From Collinsella sp. (GTDB taxonomy: Bacteria; Actinomycetota; Coriobacteriia; Coriobacteriales; Coriobacteriaceae): a stretch of 64,000 nt of DNA. Of the stretch, positions 49,601 to 57,317 are shown piece by piece. The DNA lies in the NCBI GenBank assembly GCA_014871745.1, contig WGSI01000002.1, positions 24,615 to 88,614 of the forward strand, written 5' to 3'. The number at the start of each line of letters is the position of its first letter. Position 1 is the stretch's first letter. The notes beneath the pieces were generated by a model. The model did no database searches and was not told where the DNA came from. It was given only the letters and a program-made list of their open reading frames with translations. A program made the position numbers and the translations under genes.

Positions 49601-50220
49601 AGGCTTACGACATTTTTGTCGTCGATGGTCGAGGGCACCTCCAACGTGGTAATGCCCGCGTCGCCATACTCGATAGAAATTTCGTTGGTGAGGCTATCAA
49701 TCGAGAAGTAGTACTGCGCGGGGGTCTGCTCGCCGGCCACGTAGCCATCGTCGTATTCGTCCTTTACGCCCGTGGCGCCCTTCGAGGTCATCCAGAGCCC
49801 AAGATCCTCATTCCAGGTTGCTTCGGCTTCGGCGGTCTCCTCCTGCTTCTGCCGTTCGGCGAGCTCCTTGCCCTCGACAAGATCGGTGGCAAGCGTACCC
49901 GCAGGTGTGCTCTCGGTCTGCCCGGCGCCCGTCAGGCCTGCCGCCGATGCAATCTCGGAGTCCGGGGGCGTAGGGGTGTCACCGGTATCGAGCACTGTGG
50001 GGTCGGCAGCGCCGGCATCGGGCGCGGCGTCGGCGGCATCGGGCGCGGGGTCGGCGGCGTCGGCATCGGCTGCTTGGTCGTTATCCGTCTGCACAAAAGT
50101 GCCGTCGGTGGTGAGGGTCTCGGCAAACGCGCCCGCGGGCAACGAACCCGTCACCATGGTGAGGGTCACCGCGGCAACGGTCAGGCGGCGGCAAAGCGCT
50201 CGAACAGTAGTCCACCTCAT
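43624..50220 (-). CDS. ~2,200-aa cell-wall-anchored surface protein (BspA-type LRRs, Ig-like and chitobiase-like domains, sortase signal LASTG)
   Basis: Signal peptide ending LPAGAFA. LRR_5 repeats (LPDSVEEL..YAF, IPEQAF, IGDGVKSIGALAF), DPAGVVYEG and IWYTTNDTCP. Pro-rich linker, then LASTGD + TM + KRRKR. Confidence 0.88.
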   Translation of the reverse strand: MRWTTVRALCRRLTVAAVTLTMVTGSLPAGAFAETLTTDGTFVQTDNDQAADADAADPAPDAADAAPDAGAADPTVLDTGDTPTPPDSEIASAAGLTGAGQTESTPAGTLATDLVEGKELAERQKQEETAEAEATWNEDLGLWMTSKGATGVKDEYDDGYVAGEQTPAQYYFSIDSLTNEISIEYGDAGITTLEVPSTIDDKNVVSLTGMGSAALTSITFAPNSHVRSVGGLGGSSIKEIALPDSVEELKSYAFYKSKTLQTVTWPNNAAFTTIPEQAFKECEQLDDKVVATLPPSVKTIDYLAFAYCGVPQFYVSDTTVLTFTQINVPGTVERIERNAFDGCSFVSSVTIGDGVKSIGALAFASLDPAIAGKEIVLPKSVEMIEWGAFENTRYGNETNHNAVALRVMNPDLQFGEAGYPGDYNERVTIDGVTYAIPFGEGQTIYAYATDSAGNPSMVKKLADAVADRKDSVDSSKPAYTFEWMGEAAQVTGKLPQSATATLVQAGQSTPLAVGDDGSFTADALSKTAATLRISLSGYYDMVLARPGDQMTGTWNIGEIKAEDFTKIPASRAIELNVGYLEPIVGQDKTERIELDSLDNIDLTVKSGGKTLKPAKGDKENDFRIQGTALVVSQAIADADQDLEITLEPKDSLKLGGATATVKPSAGKVDIDLKPWGTATVATKGDYQGANRVLVFRTSDGKLVADGVTYLMGYEDDGTTPIMKAETPRLKAGSYTIVAFNKTSYDIQATSYSTFSRLGLTVGKHIAQKQVKIEDGKQLDVTLDVPTFDVETYRAERGLTAGSVIADSSAVVGAEPELRIHYELKDSQAAKIEIPLAKDAVEDVSAGAREAGACSDAMWANTTWEGDNLVLNMKKGMGADVFVRFKPKAAGIYAVSPLITLGEVTLPLGSTTLEVSGSRIEVDNTDVHSLLGNVAYVYAVPGKSVQLTVGTGSSAAKYTGKTNKLGRAKIEYDLPQDTLAAERVTLEARVGSTDVAAAAAEVTARNYVRYVPGASVWNFDVTYRGGTQNLVKDGKDTGKSLWTFHHLPQKKNAYWTFDITLEVGNEEAADTLDLYVDCVDGKTVTIPLTQKSREGTRVRYVAEYVDEGYLKLLDEFNKANDSTYVNCGNFEQIFMPQTYRISNAQLMTMLSFDAKASAKKHSAAAEERQQEFSNAVQQWHEYMMDNSFNDVDEAFNDAIDQMVADAFAEEDKDGKEDEAQGGAARKARRAPAARAGEGDGAGNDEAAQFAAELKAAVGGSSALLTQQGDSYGVNVDKMIFEDAYGTSEDWYQELAAAQGANAADAAAIKELVDHASRAEFIAQQAEDLVGQSMGIGQLNQYGSWNDATAAALNKCAGIKASEYNGQSTSGFNDLGQALGSSLSYKAADDDIVKGFKVAAPDGEQTAYIESEFIENSNNNKNQALLFNSIAMQCDILDNLYDNWNVVHSLNNSKVRGWLMAWKRNGDVSAHMKLIRTIRSLKSYKIECEMFGQVFKTDAWKAAGQAFPAATQGIGIFTGIYGVNDASKNWENVNVRMQKVKGEREGYELQHTRLLAKPEKTEDDWKCIYALRDAMEKARAFENLLYRQLCHDSTDVAVGSIMTIAGVLTAGSAGTVVGAAYDAASTSVGSERAIKLTNAECAYDVACEQVERACQNRITVNWGELTDAEVYKANKDGLISDEKMQSIFEARYRNVAAKAAPDPAGVVYEGLLSNTVEGATVELWSADDAAGTNAVRWDAEEYEQDNPLATGADGAYNWNTPTGWYQVRVTRDGYEEARSAWLRVPPIQTEVNIGLVSTAAPEVVSAHAYTDCVEVEFAQYMDASDGTLAALCVQGLGDVTYAWLDKQDDSNGKPLSRVLRIRYADACEAGSTVAFELDGARNYAGTAMARWASGELVVGVRADKLKLNVEQAVTMLDGGDFELVAHVTDKAGKPFAGAKVSVGLESSAICSVDATQAVTGEDGAATFVLHGALPGLTTLTATVDDTALSKQVDVRVSAEAVRPARPVATIGATTFGAWSPKENYITVPKGTKLELSAEDGTTIWYTTNDTCPCRDEGRVKYTEPIALDSNMYVRIAAQRPGMSYSEYSERLNITITVTDEAVPEPTPDPDPTPEPTPDGGEQGGGTDGSGGAGVPAGSSTSTTTTVTTDKSKGKGENGKKSGGTELASTGDSAAMTVAALSIAGATVAAAGIAATKRRKR

Positions 50221-50280
50221 GGTCGTTCCTTTCCTGCAAACCAAAAGTCATCCAGCGTAATCGTTGTCCAAAAACAAAGC

Positions 50281-50322
50281 GAACGGTAGGTTCATATATA
50301 CGAACCTACCGTTCTACCTGCG
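50281..50322. promoter_or_regulatory. Candidate operator TAGGTTC-N8-GAACCTA plus TCTACCTGCG upstream of the 2,200-aa surface protein
   Basis: 13-bp perfect arms GAACGGTAGGTTC/GAACCTACCGTTC. Same architecture at 52636-52674. Confidence 0.6.
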
Positions 50323-50325
50323 CAA

Positions 50326-50360
50326 ACCACCGCAAAGGGGACAGGCACCTTTGCGGTGGT
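50326..50360. repeat. GGGAC-tagged hairpin (ACCACC subtype)
   Basis: ACCACCGCAAA + GGGGACAGGCACC + TTTGCGGTGGT, with a compensatory base change in the stem. Confidence 0.9.
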
Positions 50361-50383
50361 TCTGGACTCGGCCGGCCAGTTTG

Positions 50384-50519
50384 TCTCGATCTGTAACAGT
50401 TAGAGGTCAAATTCCCCGCCTGGTGTTACAGATCGAGACATTAGATTGGCGGCCATTCGGTTCATCTCAATCTGTAACATCTAGGGCCGTTTTGACTGGC
50501 TTGGTGTTACAGATTGAGA
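50384..50519. repeat. Array of 4 alternating inverted 15-mers with 25-26-bp spacers
   Basis: Copies start at 50384, 50424, 50465 and 50505. Confidence 0.95.
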
Positions 50520-50556
50520 TTTTGCTAAAGCCGAGGATGGGCGCCGCCGCCAAAAC

Positions 50557-52539
50557 CTAACGCTTGCGGCGCTTGGTTGCGGCGATGCCGGCGGCGGCTA
50601 CGGTTGCGCCGGCGATGCCTAGGGCGGCGACCGTCATCGCGGTGGTATCCCCCGTGGTAGCCAGGACAGCATCGCCCTTCTTGGCCTGCGTGGTTTTCTC
50701 AACCGTCTTGGCCGTGGTGGTTGTCGTGACCGGTTTAGCCGCGGGCTTGGTCTCGGGCTTCACCTCGGGCTTGGGCTCAGGCTTGACCTCAGGCTGCGGC
50801 GCGGGCTTTTCGGGGTCGACCGGAGCCGGCGTGGCCTCGGGCGTAAACGTCAGATCGGTGTTGAGCCACAGAGTGAAGATACAGCCGCTCTCGGGATCAA
50901 CTACACTCGCTTCGCCCATCTGGTAGCCGCACTCCTGGCCGTTGATCACCAGCTTGGTGTTGGGCGTAAAGTAGAATCCGCGCGCGGGCTTGAGGTAGAT
51001 ACCGTAGCGATAGGTCACGCCAGGCTTAAAGGCGTCGATGTGGTTCGTGATGTTCTGATCCCAGAACTTCTGAGAGTTCACTTCGCTGCCGTCGCTACCC
51101 GTCCAGAACTCACACTGAGGAAGGGAGTTGGAGCCCGTCGGAACATTCGCCGTAAAGACCGGCTTATCGCCCGCCTTGAAGGTGGTCGTGGCGCCGTTGA
51201 TCTCTATAACGTCGATGGCCCGCCATTCGTCGATCGGCTGCTCGCACAGCATATTGTCAGCGTTTGGCGCGAAGACGCCGTTGACGGTCTTGATGTGGTG
51301 CGTCCAATGGCCGTTGACGTACATCATGCAGTCATTGCCCACGGTATTGTCGCCCTTGAGCCTCAGCTCGACGGAATACATGTAGAACTTGCCCTCTTCG
51401 AAGTGTTCGATCCTCCTCGCGCCCGTCGGATACTTGGCGGGGTCGGAATACCAGAAGGCAACGGGCGTGAGCTCCGCGGGGTCGCTGCCATCCATCTCCT
51501 CCCAGCACTCGTAGGCGATCTCGTACTTGTCGGCGTCAGCAGCGGGAATCGTCGCGGTCGCGCGGGGCGCCTCGCCGGGCGCGTAGTTGGTCTTCACGTC
51601 GTTGACGTTCAGGTTATGGAGGGCTTCGTTTTCTGACGCAACGAGCGTAATTTCGCTATTGATGGCGTAGCGGAGGTAATAATCGTACCTGGTTTCGTTG
51701 AGGATAGTCGAGCTGCCTTCATAGTCAGTTCCGGTATACTCCAGTGCCGTGCCAATATAGAGAGCCTCATTGCGCGTGAGTCGATACGAGCCGCCTGCCG
51801 CGCCACCCGTAAAGGTCAGCGTCAGCCTCATGTGATTGCCAACGGGTTCGAAGCGAGCCGTCACGTCGGACATGGACGCATCCTGAACTTCGACCAGAAT
51901 GCCCGAAGCGGCATCGGCCCTGTAGTACTTAACCTCGACGACTTCGCTCGCAAGCGTTTCTGGAATGCCACCCTCTACATCGAGAAAATCGTGGGTATAC
52001 GGCTGGCCCTTTTTGAGTGTGACCTTGCTCGGAAGCGCGCAGTCCGTATAGTGGGGGACCACGGTCGTGTTGACCCTAACGTCGCTGCCGCCAACAACAT
52101 CGGTCACACCGCAGGGCATGATGGCGTTGTTTGCCGACGAGCTGTCGGTGCCACCAAGAGAGCCATCTTGGTTGACAGCAACCGTATCGTTCACCGTTGC
52201 CGCCGGTGCGTCCTGCTGATCTTGCTGAGCTTCTGCCGTGGACGGTGCCGCCGGAGCCGCGTCAGTCATCGGCGCAGCCGGAGCCACCGGTACCGGCGCC
52301 GGAGCCGCCGTATCCTCCGCAACCGTCGGCGTCACCGGAGCCGCGGCAACCTCATCCGTCCCAACGGCGGGATCGGCGCATTCCGTCGCCAGCGCCACGC
52401 TCGGCAGCAGCAACTGACCGACCATAAGCGCACACGCGCCGGCGCAAGCTATTTTGGCACCCACACAACGCCAGGTACCGTGAACCAGCGAGCAGGTGGA
52501 CTCACGTTGAGCTTGCTTGTCAAAGTGACTTGCGTTCAT
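50557..52539 (-). CDS. ~660-aa cell-wall-anchored surface protein (sortase signal LATTG)
   Basis: GGAGG RBS, signal peptide ending PSVALA, Pro/Ala linker and two similar beta-rich repeats. PE/PK linker, then LATTGD + TM + KRRKR. Confidence 0.85.
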   Translation of the reverse strand: MNASHFDKQAQRESTCSLVHGTWRCVGAKIACAGACALMVGQLLLPSVALATECADPAVGTDEVAAAPVTPTVAEDTAAPAPVPVAPAAPMTDAAPAAPSTAEAQQDQQDAPAATVNDTVAVNQDGSLGGTDSSSANNAIMPCGVTDVVGGSDVRVNTTVVPHYTDCALPSKVTLKKGQPYTHDFLDVEGGIPETLASEVVEVKYYRADAASGILVEVQDASMSDVTARFEPVGNHMRLTLTFTGGAAGGSYRLTRNEALYIGTALEYTGTDYEGSSTILNETRYDYYLRYAINSEITLVASENEALHNLNVNDVKTNYAPGEAPRATATIPAADADKYEIAYECWEEMDGSDPAELTPVAFWYSDPAKYPTGARRIEHFEEGKFYMYSVELRLKGDNTVGNDCMMYVNGHWTHHIKTVNGVFAPNADNMLCEQPIDEWRAIDVIEINGATTTFKAGDKPVFTANVPTGSNSLPQCEFWTGSDGSEVNSQKFWDQNITNHIDAFKPGVTYRYGIYLKPARGFYFTPNTKLVINGQECGYQMGEASVVDPESGCIFTLWLNTDLTFTPEATPAPVDPEKPAPQPEVKPEPKPEVKPETKPAAKPVTTTTTAKTVEKTTQAKKGDAVLATTGDTTAMTVAALGIAGATVAAAGIAATKRRKR

Positions 52540-52565
52540 AACGGCCTCCTTGGTCGTAGGGATAT

Positions 52566-52600
52566 ACCACCACAAAGGTGCCTGTCCCCTTTGTGGTGGT
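52566..52600. repeat. GGGAC-tagged hairpin (ACCACCAC subtype, reverse orientation)
   Basis: ACCACCACAAA + GGTGCCTGTCCCC + TTTGTGGTGGT. Confidence 0.9.
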
Positions 52601-52635
52601 TCTGTACCACCAAGATGTGCCAAATGACTCCGTAT

Positions 52636-52674
52636 GCCTAGGTTCGTAGATGTGAACCTAGGCCTCTACCTGCG
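52636..52674. promoter_or_regulatory. Candidate operator TAGGTTC-N8-GAACCTA plus TCTACCTGCG in the divergent promoter region
   Basis: GCCTAGGTTC-N8-GAACCTAGGC. TCTACCTGCG sits at the same 26-nt offset as in the 50281 copy. Confidence 0.6.
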
Positions 52675-52765
52675 GTTTAATTCAATATGATTTCGCCATC
52701 GCCACACTCGTCCCGGGAACGCTACAATCGAGGACACGATTATTCGTCCACCCAAAGGACCGTCC

Positions 52766-54172
52766 TTGAACCTGAGCAGGCCTAAAATCAACGCGCTTCT
52801 GGCACTCGCGCTCTTCACCTTCGCCTTCCTTGCCGCCGAGTTTCGTTTCGACGTCAACGTCGGGCTGCTCGCCGGTGCCGAACGCGTTGTAATCGCACAG
52901 GGCTTTATTCTGGGTGCGAGCGTGCTCGGCTTTATCGGGTACGCGCCGCTGCTCGGGCTCGCACGGCGCAAAGGCCACTCACTGGCAGCCGTCAACGCCG
53001 CCGCCGTCCCTATCGTCATCGTGGGCCTGACCCAAATTCAGTTCCCTACGGCCCCGCTTGTCCTCGAAATTCTGGGCTGCGTGGCATTCCTTGGACTCGG
53101 CCTGCTGGGTGCCGCCGCTCACCACGCCTTCGCGACGGCATTCCAAGACGATCCCAAGCTCGCCACCGGTGCGGGAGCAGCCTATGCCGCGGGCATCCTG
53201 ATGCAGTTCGCCGTCAACCTGCTCAATTGCGGCGGTATCGCAGAGCTCATCGTCCTTGGCGCAGCGACTATCGCCATATCCGCCCTCAGCGTCGTTCCCC
53301 TAAAGGCTGCCGAGAGTCCCAATCCCACCGTCAACCCCTTTGCCGAGCCCTCACGCGCCCTCGCCAAGCAGGCATGTTGGAGCATCGCGCTCGTCATGAT
53401 TCTTGCCTGCTTGTTCTCGACCCTCGACAACGTGGTCACGCTCTCCAACGCCCACGGCACCATTGCCGTGCAGACTTGGCCGCGCCTCTTTTTGGCGGCA
53501 AGCGGCCTTGCCGCCGGTCTTATCTTTGATCTTGCCGAACGCCGCTACATGGGTCTCATCATGCTCGGCGTCACGGCACTTTCCACCATCTCGATCTTGG
53601 CCGTGGAAGCCGGCGCCGATCCCAACCTAGGCCTTGTCGTCTTTTACCTGAGCTCGGGCTTTTTTGTCACGTTCTTTACCGCCACCTTTACACAGCTGGC
53701 ACCGCGCATGCATGCACCCGCCCTCTGGGCCGGCATGGGGCGCGCCGCCAACAATGTATGTGCATTCACTACATCGGGCATCTCGCTTGCCCTCGTGACC
53801 TCGGGCAACGTTGCCCTCATTATGATTGGTGCGCTCGTTTTGCTCGTCGCCGCCTGCGCGGCATTCGTGGCAGCCGGCCTGTTCCGCCTACCCCAAACCG
53901 AGCAGGAGCGCGAGCGCGAGCAGCTGGCAGAAGAAGCGCTCGCCGCGCCCACCGTCGAGGAGCAGCGCCAGGCCTTCATCACCGACCACGGCCTCACCCC
54001 GCGCGAAGTCGACGTGCTCATAGCCGTGACCCAGGATGAACGCCCGCTCAAGCAGATCGCCGAGGAGCTCGGTATCTCGATGCGCATGGTGCAGCGCCAC
54101 CTGAGTTCTATCTACCAAAAGACCGACACGCAAACGCGCGCCGGTCTCACCAAGGCCTTCCCCTCCGCCTAA
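52766..54172 (+). CDS. Multi-pass transmembrane LuxR-family one-component regulator
   Basis: About 12 hydrophobic helices, then LuxR HTH HGLTPREVDVL...KQIAEELGISMRMVQRHLSSIYQKT. TTG start. Confidence 0.88.
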   Translation: MNLSRPKINALLALALFTFAFLAAEFRFDVNVGLLAGAERVVIAQGFILGASVLGFIGYAPLLGLARRKGHSLAAVNAAAVPIVIVGLTQIQFPTAPLVLEILGCVAFLGLGLLGAAAHHAFATAFQDDPKLATGAGAAYAAGILMQFAVNLLNCGGIAELIVLGAATIAISALSVVPLKAAESPNPTVNPFAEPSRALAKQACWSIALVMILACLFSTLDNVVTLSNAHGTIAVQTWPRLFLAASGLAAGLIFDLAERRYMGLIMLGVTALSTISILAVEAGADPNLGLVVFYLSSGFFVTFFTATFTQLAPRMHAPALWAGMGRAANNVCAFTTSGISLALVTSGNVALIMIGALVLLVAACAAFVAAGLFRLPQTEQEREREQLAEEALAAPTVEEQRQAFITDHGLTPREVDVLIAVTQDERPLKQIAEELGISMRMVQRHLSSIYQKTDTQTRAGLTKAFPSA

Positions 54173-54175
54173 AAC

Positions 54176-54218
54176 AAAAACCACCACAAAGGTGCCTGTC
54201 CCCTTTGTGGTGGTTTTT
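54176..54218. terminator. GGGAC-tagged hairpin likely acting as a bidirectional terminator
   Basis: AAAAACCACCACAAA + GGTGCCTGTCCCC + TTTGTGGTGGTTTTT between the convergent stops at 54172 and 54225. Confidence 0.75.
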
Positions 54219-54224
54219 GGTCGG

Positions 54225-54848
54225 TTAAGCCTCGAGTTGCGCCACTTTGTAGCGGTAGGCAGCGGCGATAACGTCTTTGCAGCCTTCGCGGCCCAGCTTG
54301 GCGCGGTTGACGACGATGTCTTTGCCGCTCGTCATCTTCCACTTGCCGGCGCTATAGCGCTTGTAGAATGCCTCGCGCGCCTTCTGCTGCTGCTTGACCA
54401 GCTTGGCGCCCTTCTTTTTGTTAAGGCCACGCTTCTTGCGCACGATCTCGACGCGGTCCTCAAAGGGCGCGGTCACCAACACGGCAATGTGGTTGGGGTT
54501 GTTACGCAGCAGGTAATCGGACAGACGGCCTTCGATAATGCAGCTCTCGGTCTCGCCCAGGTCCAAAATCACCTGGCTCATCTTTTGGAACAACTTGTCC
54601 GAGTACGAGCGCGCATCGTAGCGGTCGGGCAGGAACGCCATGTTCTCCACGGCCAGACGTTCGTCATAGGCAGCCATCTTATCGAGCGACTCGCCCGCGC
54701 GCAGAGACGCGCGCACCAGCAGCTCGTTGTCGTACAGCGGAATCCCCAACTCGTCGGCAAGCATGCGACCAATCTCGTGGCCCTCGGCGCCAAAGTCGCG
54801 CGCGATGGTAATGACCACAGGATTCTTCTTGTTCTCCAGATCGCTCAT
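54225..54848 (-). CDS. Cytidylate kinase-like family protein
   Basis: VITIARDFGAEGHEIG..LA..LGIPLYD and SCIIEGR. Confidence 0.85.
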   Translation of the reverse strand: MSDLENKKNPVVITIARDFGAEGHEIGRMLADELGIPLYDNELLVRASLRAGESLDKMAAYDERLAVENMAFLPDRYDARSYSDKLFQKMSQVILDLGETESCIIEGRLSDYLLRNNPNHIAVLVTAPFEDRVEIVRKKRGLNKKKGAKLVKQQQKAREAFYKRYSAGKWKMTSGKDIVVNRAKLGREGCKDVIAAAYRYKVAQLEA

Positions 54849-55019
54849 CGCGATTCCTTTCTAACAAATGAGAAATAGGCGATTCCTGATTCCCATTTTG
54901 TCACTTACGACCGTCCTGGTTTCCCAAGTGCGGCAGATTGCCCCGAAAGAGGAGCGCCGCGTACTAAATGTACGCAAGCGACGATTGAGGGGCAAGGTGC
55001 CGTGCTTGGGGAAGCAGGA

Positions 55020-55658
55020 CTACGCTGCCACAATACGGCGTTGATATGCTCGGACCAGCAGCGAGATACCAAAGTTGAGCACAAAGTACATCGCAAACAC
55101 CAGGCCGTAGAGCATAAGCACCTGCGACAGATCAATCGCGTGGGCCATCACGACATTTGCCGTGTACATGAGCTCGGCCACGTTAATGCCCGAAAGATAC
55201 GAGCTGTCCTTGATGACGGTCGTGCACTGGCTAAACAGCGCCGGAATGATCATCTTAAATGTCTGCGGCAGAATGATGTAGCGCATGGTGGCAAAGAAGC
55301 CGAAGCCCTGGCTCTGCGCTGCCTCAAACTGGCCGCGCGGAATCGAGTTGAGGCCGCCGCGCACAATCTCAGCCATAACAGCGCTGGTAAACAGCGTAAA
55401 GGCGATGGTCGAAATCACAATGTCCAAACCCTGCACCGTAAAGTAGATAAACAGGATCCACAGCAGGTTCGGCGTGCAGCGGAACAGCTCGATATAGGCG
55501 CTCACCAAAATACGGAACGGGCGGGGCGCATAGCTTTTAACGAGCGCCAGCACCGTGCCAAAGATGAGCGAGAAAAAGATCGACAGCGCCGAGATCTCGA
55601 TTGTCTTAACAAAGCCGCCCCAAATGTAGAGCAGGTTGGTCGCGTTGAAGATTTCCAT
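55020..55658 (-). CDS. Polar amino-acid ABC transporter permease
   Basis: YIELFRCTP, AEIVRGG...GQFEAA, IILPQ and IKDSS. Confidence 0.93.
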   Translation of the reverse strand: MEIFNATNLLYIWGGFVKTIEISALSIFFSLIFGTVLALVKSYAPRPFRILVSAYIELFRCTPNLLWILFIYFTVQGLDIVISTIAFTLFTSAVMAEIVRGGLNSIPRGQFEAAQSQGFGFFATMRYIILPQTFKMIIPALFSQCTTVIKDSSYLSGINVAELMYTANVVMAHAIDLSQVLMLYGLVFAMYFVLNFGISLLVRAYQRRIVAA

Positions 55659-55661
55659 GCG

Positions 55662-56408
55662 CTAGGCCTCCTCTACGTTGTCGAGCCCCAGCTCGGCCAG
55701 GCTCACGCCGCGCGGACGCTCCTTAGAGCGGCGCTCGAGCCACTGCACCAGCATGGCAAGCGGAAAGCAGATGATGAAGTACATAAGGCAGCAGACGATG
55801 TATCCCTGCAGGTAACCGTACAGACTCACAAAGTTGTCGGAACGGTACATAAGGTCGCCGCCGGCCACAAGCGCCAGCACCGACGTGTTCTTGACCAGGT
55901 TGAGCGCCTGGTTACACAGCGGCGGCAGAATGATCTTGAACGTCTGGGGCAGCACGATGTACCAGTACGCCTGCGCACGGGTGAAGCCCTGGCTCTGGGC
56001 CGCCTCCATCTGACCGCGCGGAACCGCCTCGATACCAGTGCGGATGACCTCCGAAATGTAGGCCGCGTGATACAGGCCCACACCCAAGAAGCCCAGCACG
56101 AACGGCGCGATGCGCACCGGCTGGTCGGCACCGGTTATGGCCTGCAAAAACTGCGGACCGGCCATGTACATAAAGAGCACCTGCACGGGCAACGGGGTGT
56201 TTTGGTAAAACTCCACGTACACGCGGCTTATGGCGCGCAGCACGCGCGAGCGAGTGGTAGAGAACACGCCCAGCAGCGTACCCAGCACCAGCGACAGCAG
56301 CAGGCCGGCAACGACCACCTGCAGCGTCACGCCAAAGCCCTCCCAGAAGGGCCCCATGTTTTGAAATGTCGTCGACCAACGGTCGGCGTCAAATAATCCT
56401 TCGAGCAT
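55662..56408 (-). CDS. Polar amino-acid ABC transporter permease
   Basis: YVEFYQNTP, SEVIRTGI..VPRGQMEAA and VKNTS. Confidence 0.93.
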   Translation of the reverse strand: MLEGLFDADRWSTTFQNMGPFWEGFGVTLQVVVAGLLLSLVLGTLLGVFSTTRSRVLRAISRVYVEFYQNTPLPVQVLFMYMAGPQFLQAITGADQPVRIAPFVLGFLGVGLYHAAYISEVIRTGIEAVPRGQMEAAQSQGFTRAQAYWYIVLPQTFKIILPPLCNQALNLVKNTSVLALVAGGDLMYRSDNFVSLYGYLQGYIVCCLMYFIICFPLAMLVQWLERRSKERPRGVSLAELGLDNVEEA

Positions 56409-56433
56409 TTGATTCCTTCCTTGGACGATGCGC

Positions 56434-57312
56434 CTATACAAGACCCCAGGTCTTAACCTCTTGTTCGAGCCAGCCGTCGGCCAGACGATCGCAAATCACC
56501 TGATCGACCACGGCGGAAAGGTCGCAGCCCTTCTTGGTCGCCACGCCGTAGCCCTGCTCGCCAAACTTGACCTCGGGCTGCAGCAACTCAACGGTCTCGT
56601 TCATATAGCCGGCCAGCGTGGAGCGGTCCATGGCAAAGACGTCGATATTGCCGGCGTCGAGCGAACTCTTGATGATGGGGTAGCCACTAAAGGCCCTAAA
56701 CTCGGGCTTGCAGCTAAAGCCATTGTCCTTGATCATCTGCTCGATCAGGCCCTGCGTGGTAGCACCCTGGCTCACGCCGATGACCTTGCCGTCCAGATCC
56801 TCAATCGAGGTAAAGCCCGAACGCTTCTTGACCATGAGTCCAACGTAGTCGGTGCGGTACGGCGTCGAGAAATCCCAGCTCTTTTTGCGCTCGTCGGTGA
56901 TGGTGTAGGTCGCCGCGACCACGTCGAGTTGGCCGTTATCGATCAGCGGGCCGCGTGTCTTGGGCGTTACGTCGGTAAACTCGACAAGCTCCTGGGCGCG
57001 GGCCTCCTTATAGCTCACGCCAAAGACGGCAGCGGCGATCTGATAGCACAAATCGACTTCCATGCCTTCAAAGCGGCCCTTGGCGGTGTCGTAATAACCG
57101 TAGCCGGGAACGTCCTTCTTAACGCCGGCGTTCAGATGGCCACGCGACTTGATGGCCGCAAGCTTGGACCCCTTGTCGGAGCCCTCTCCGCTGGTGGAGT
57201 TGCCGCAACCGGTAAGCGCGGTCCCCGTCAGCGCAAGCATGCCGGCGCCCGCCAGCTGCAAAAAGTGACGGCGCGACACGGCCGCCCTCGTCATATCCGT
57301 CATGTCCATCAC
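56434..57312 (-). CDS. Polar amino-acid (Glu/Asp, Peb1A-like) substrate-binding lipoprotein with a Tat signal
   Basis: Twin-arginine motif SRRHFL and lipobox LTGC. GVKKDVPGYG, TRGPLIDNG and TITDERKK. Confidence 0.88.
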   Translation of the reverse strand: MMDMTDMTRAAVSRRHFLQLAGAGMLALTGTALTGCGNSTSGEGSDKGSKLAAIKSRGHLNAGVKKDVPGYGYYDTAKGRFEGMEVDLCYQIAAAVFGVSYKEARAQELVEFTDVTPKTRGPLIDNGQLDVVAATYTITDERKKSWDFSTPYRTDYVGLMVKKRSGFTSIEDLDGKVIGVSQGATTQGLIEQMIKDNGFSCKPEFRAFSGYPIIKSSLDAGNIDVFAMDRSTLAGYMNETVELLQPEVKFGEQGYGVATKKGCDLSAVVDQVICDRLADGWLEQEVKTWGLV

Positions 57313-57317
57313 CGCGC

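Noticed and set aside
50287..50308. LexA (SOS) box
   Set aside because: The Gram-positive SOS box is GAAC-N4-GTTC, whereas this site is GTTC-N8-GAAC.
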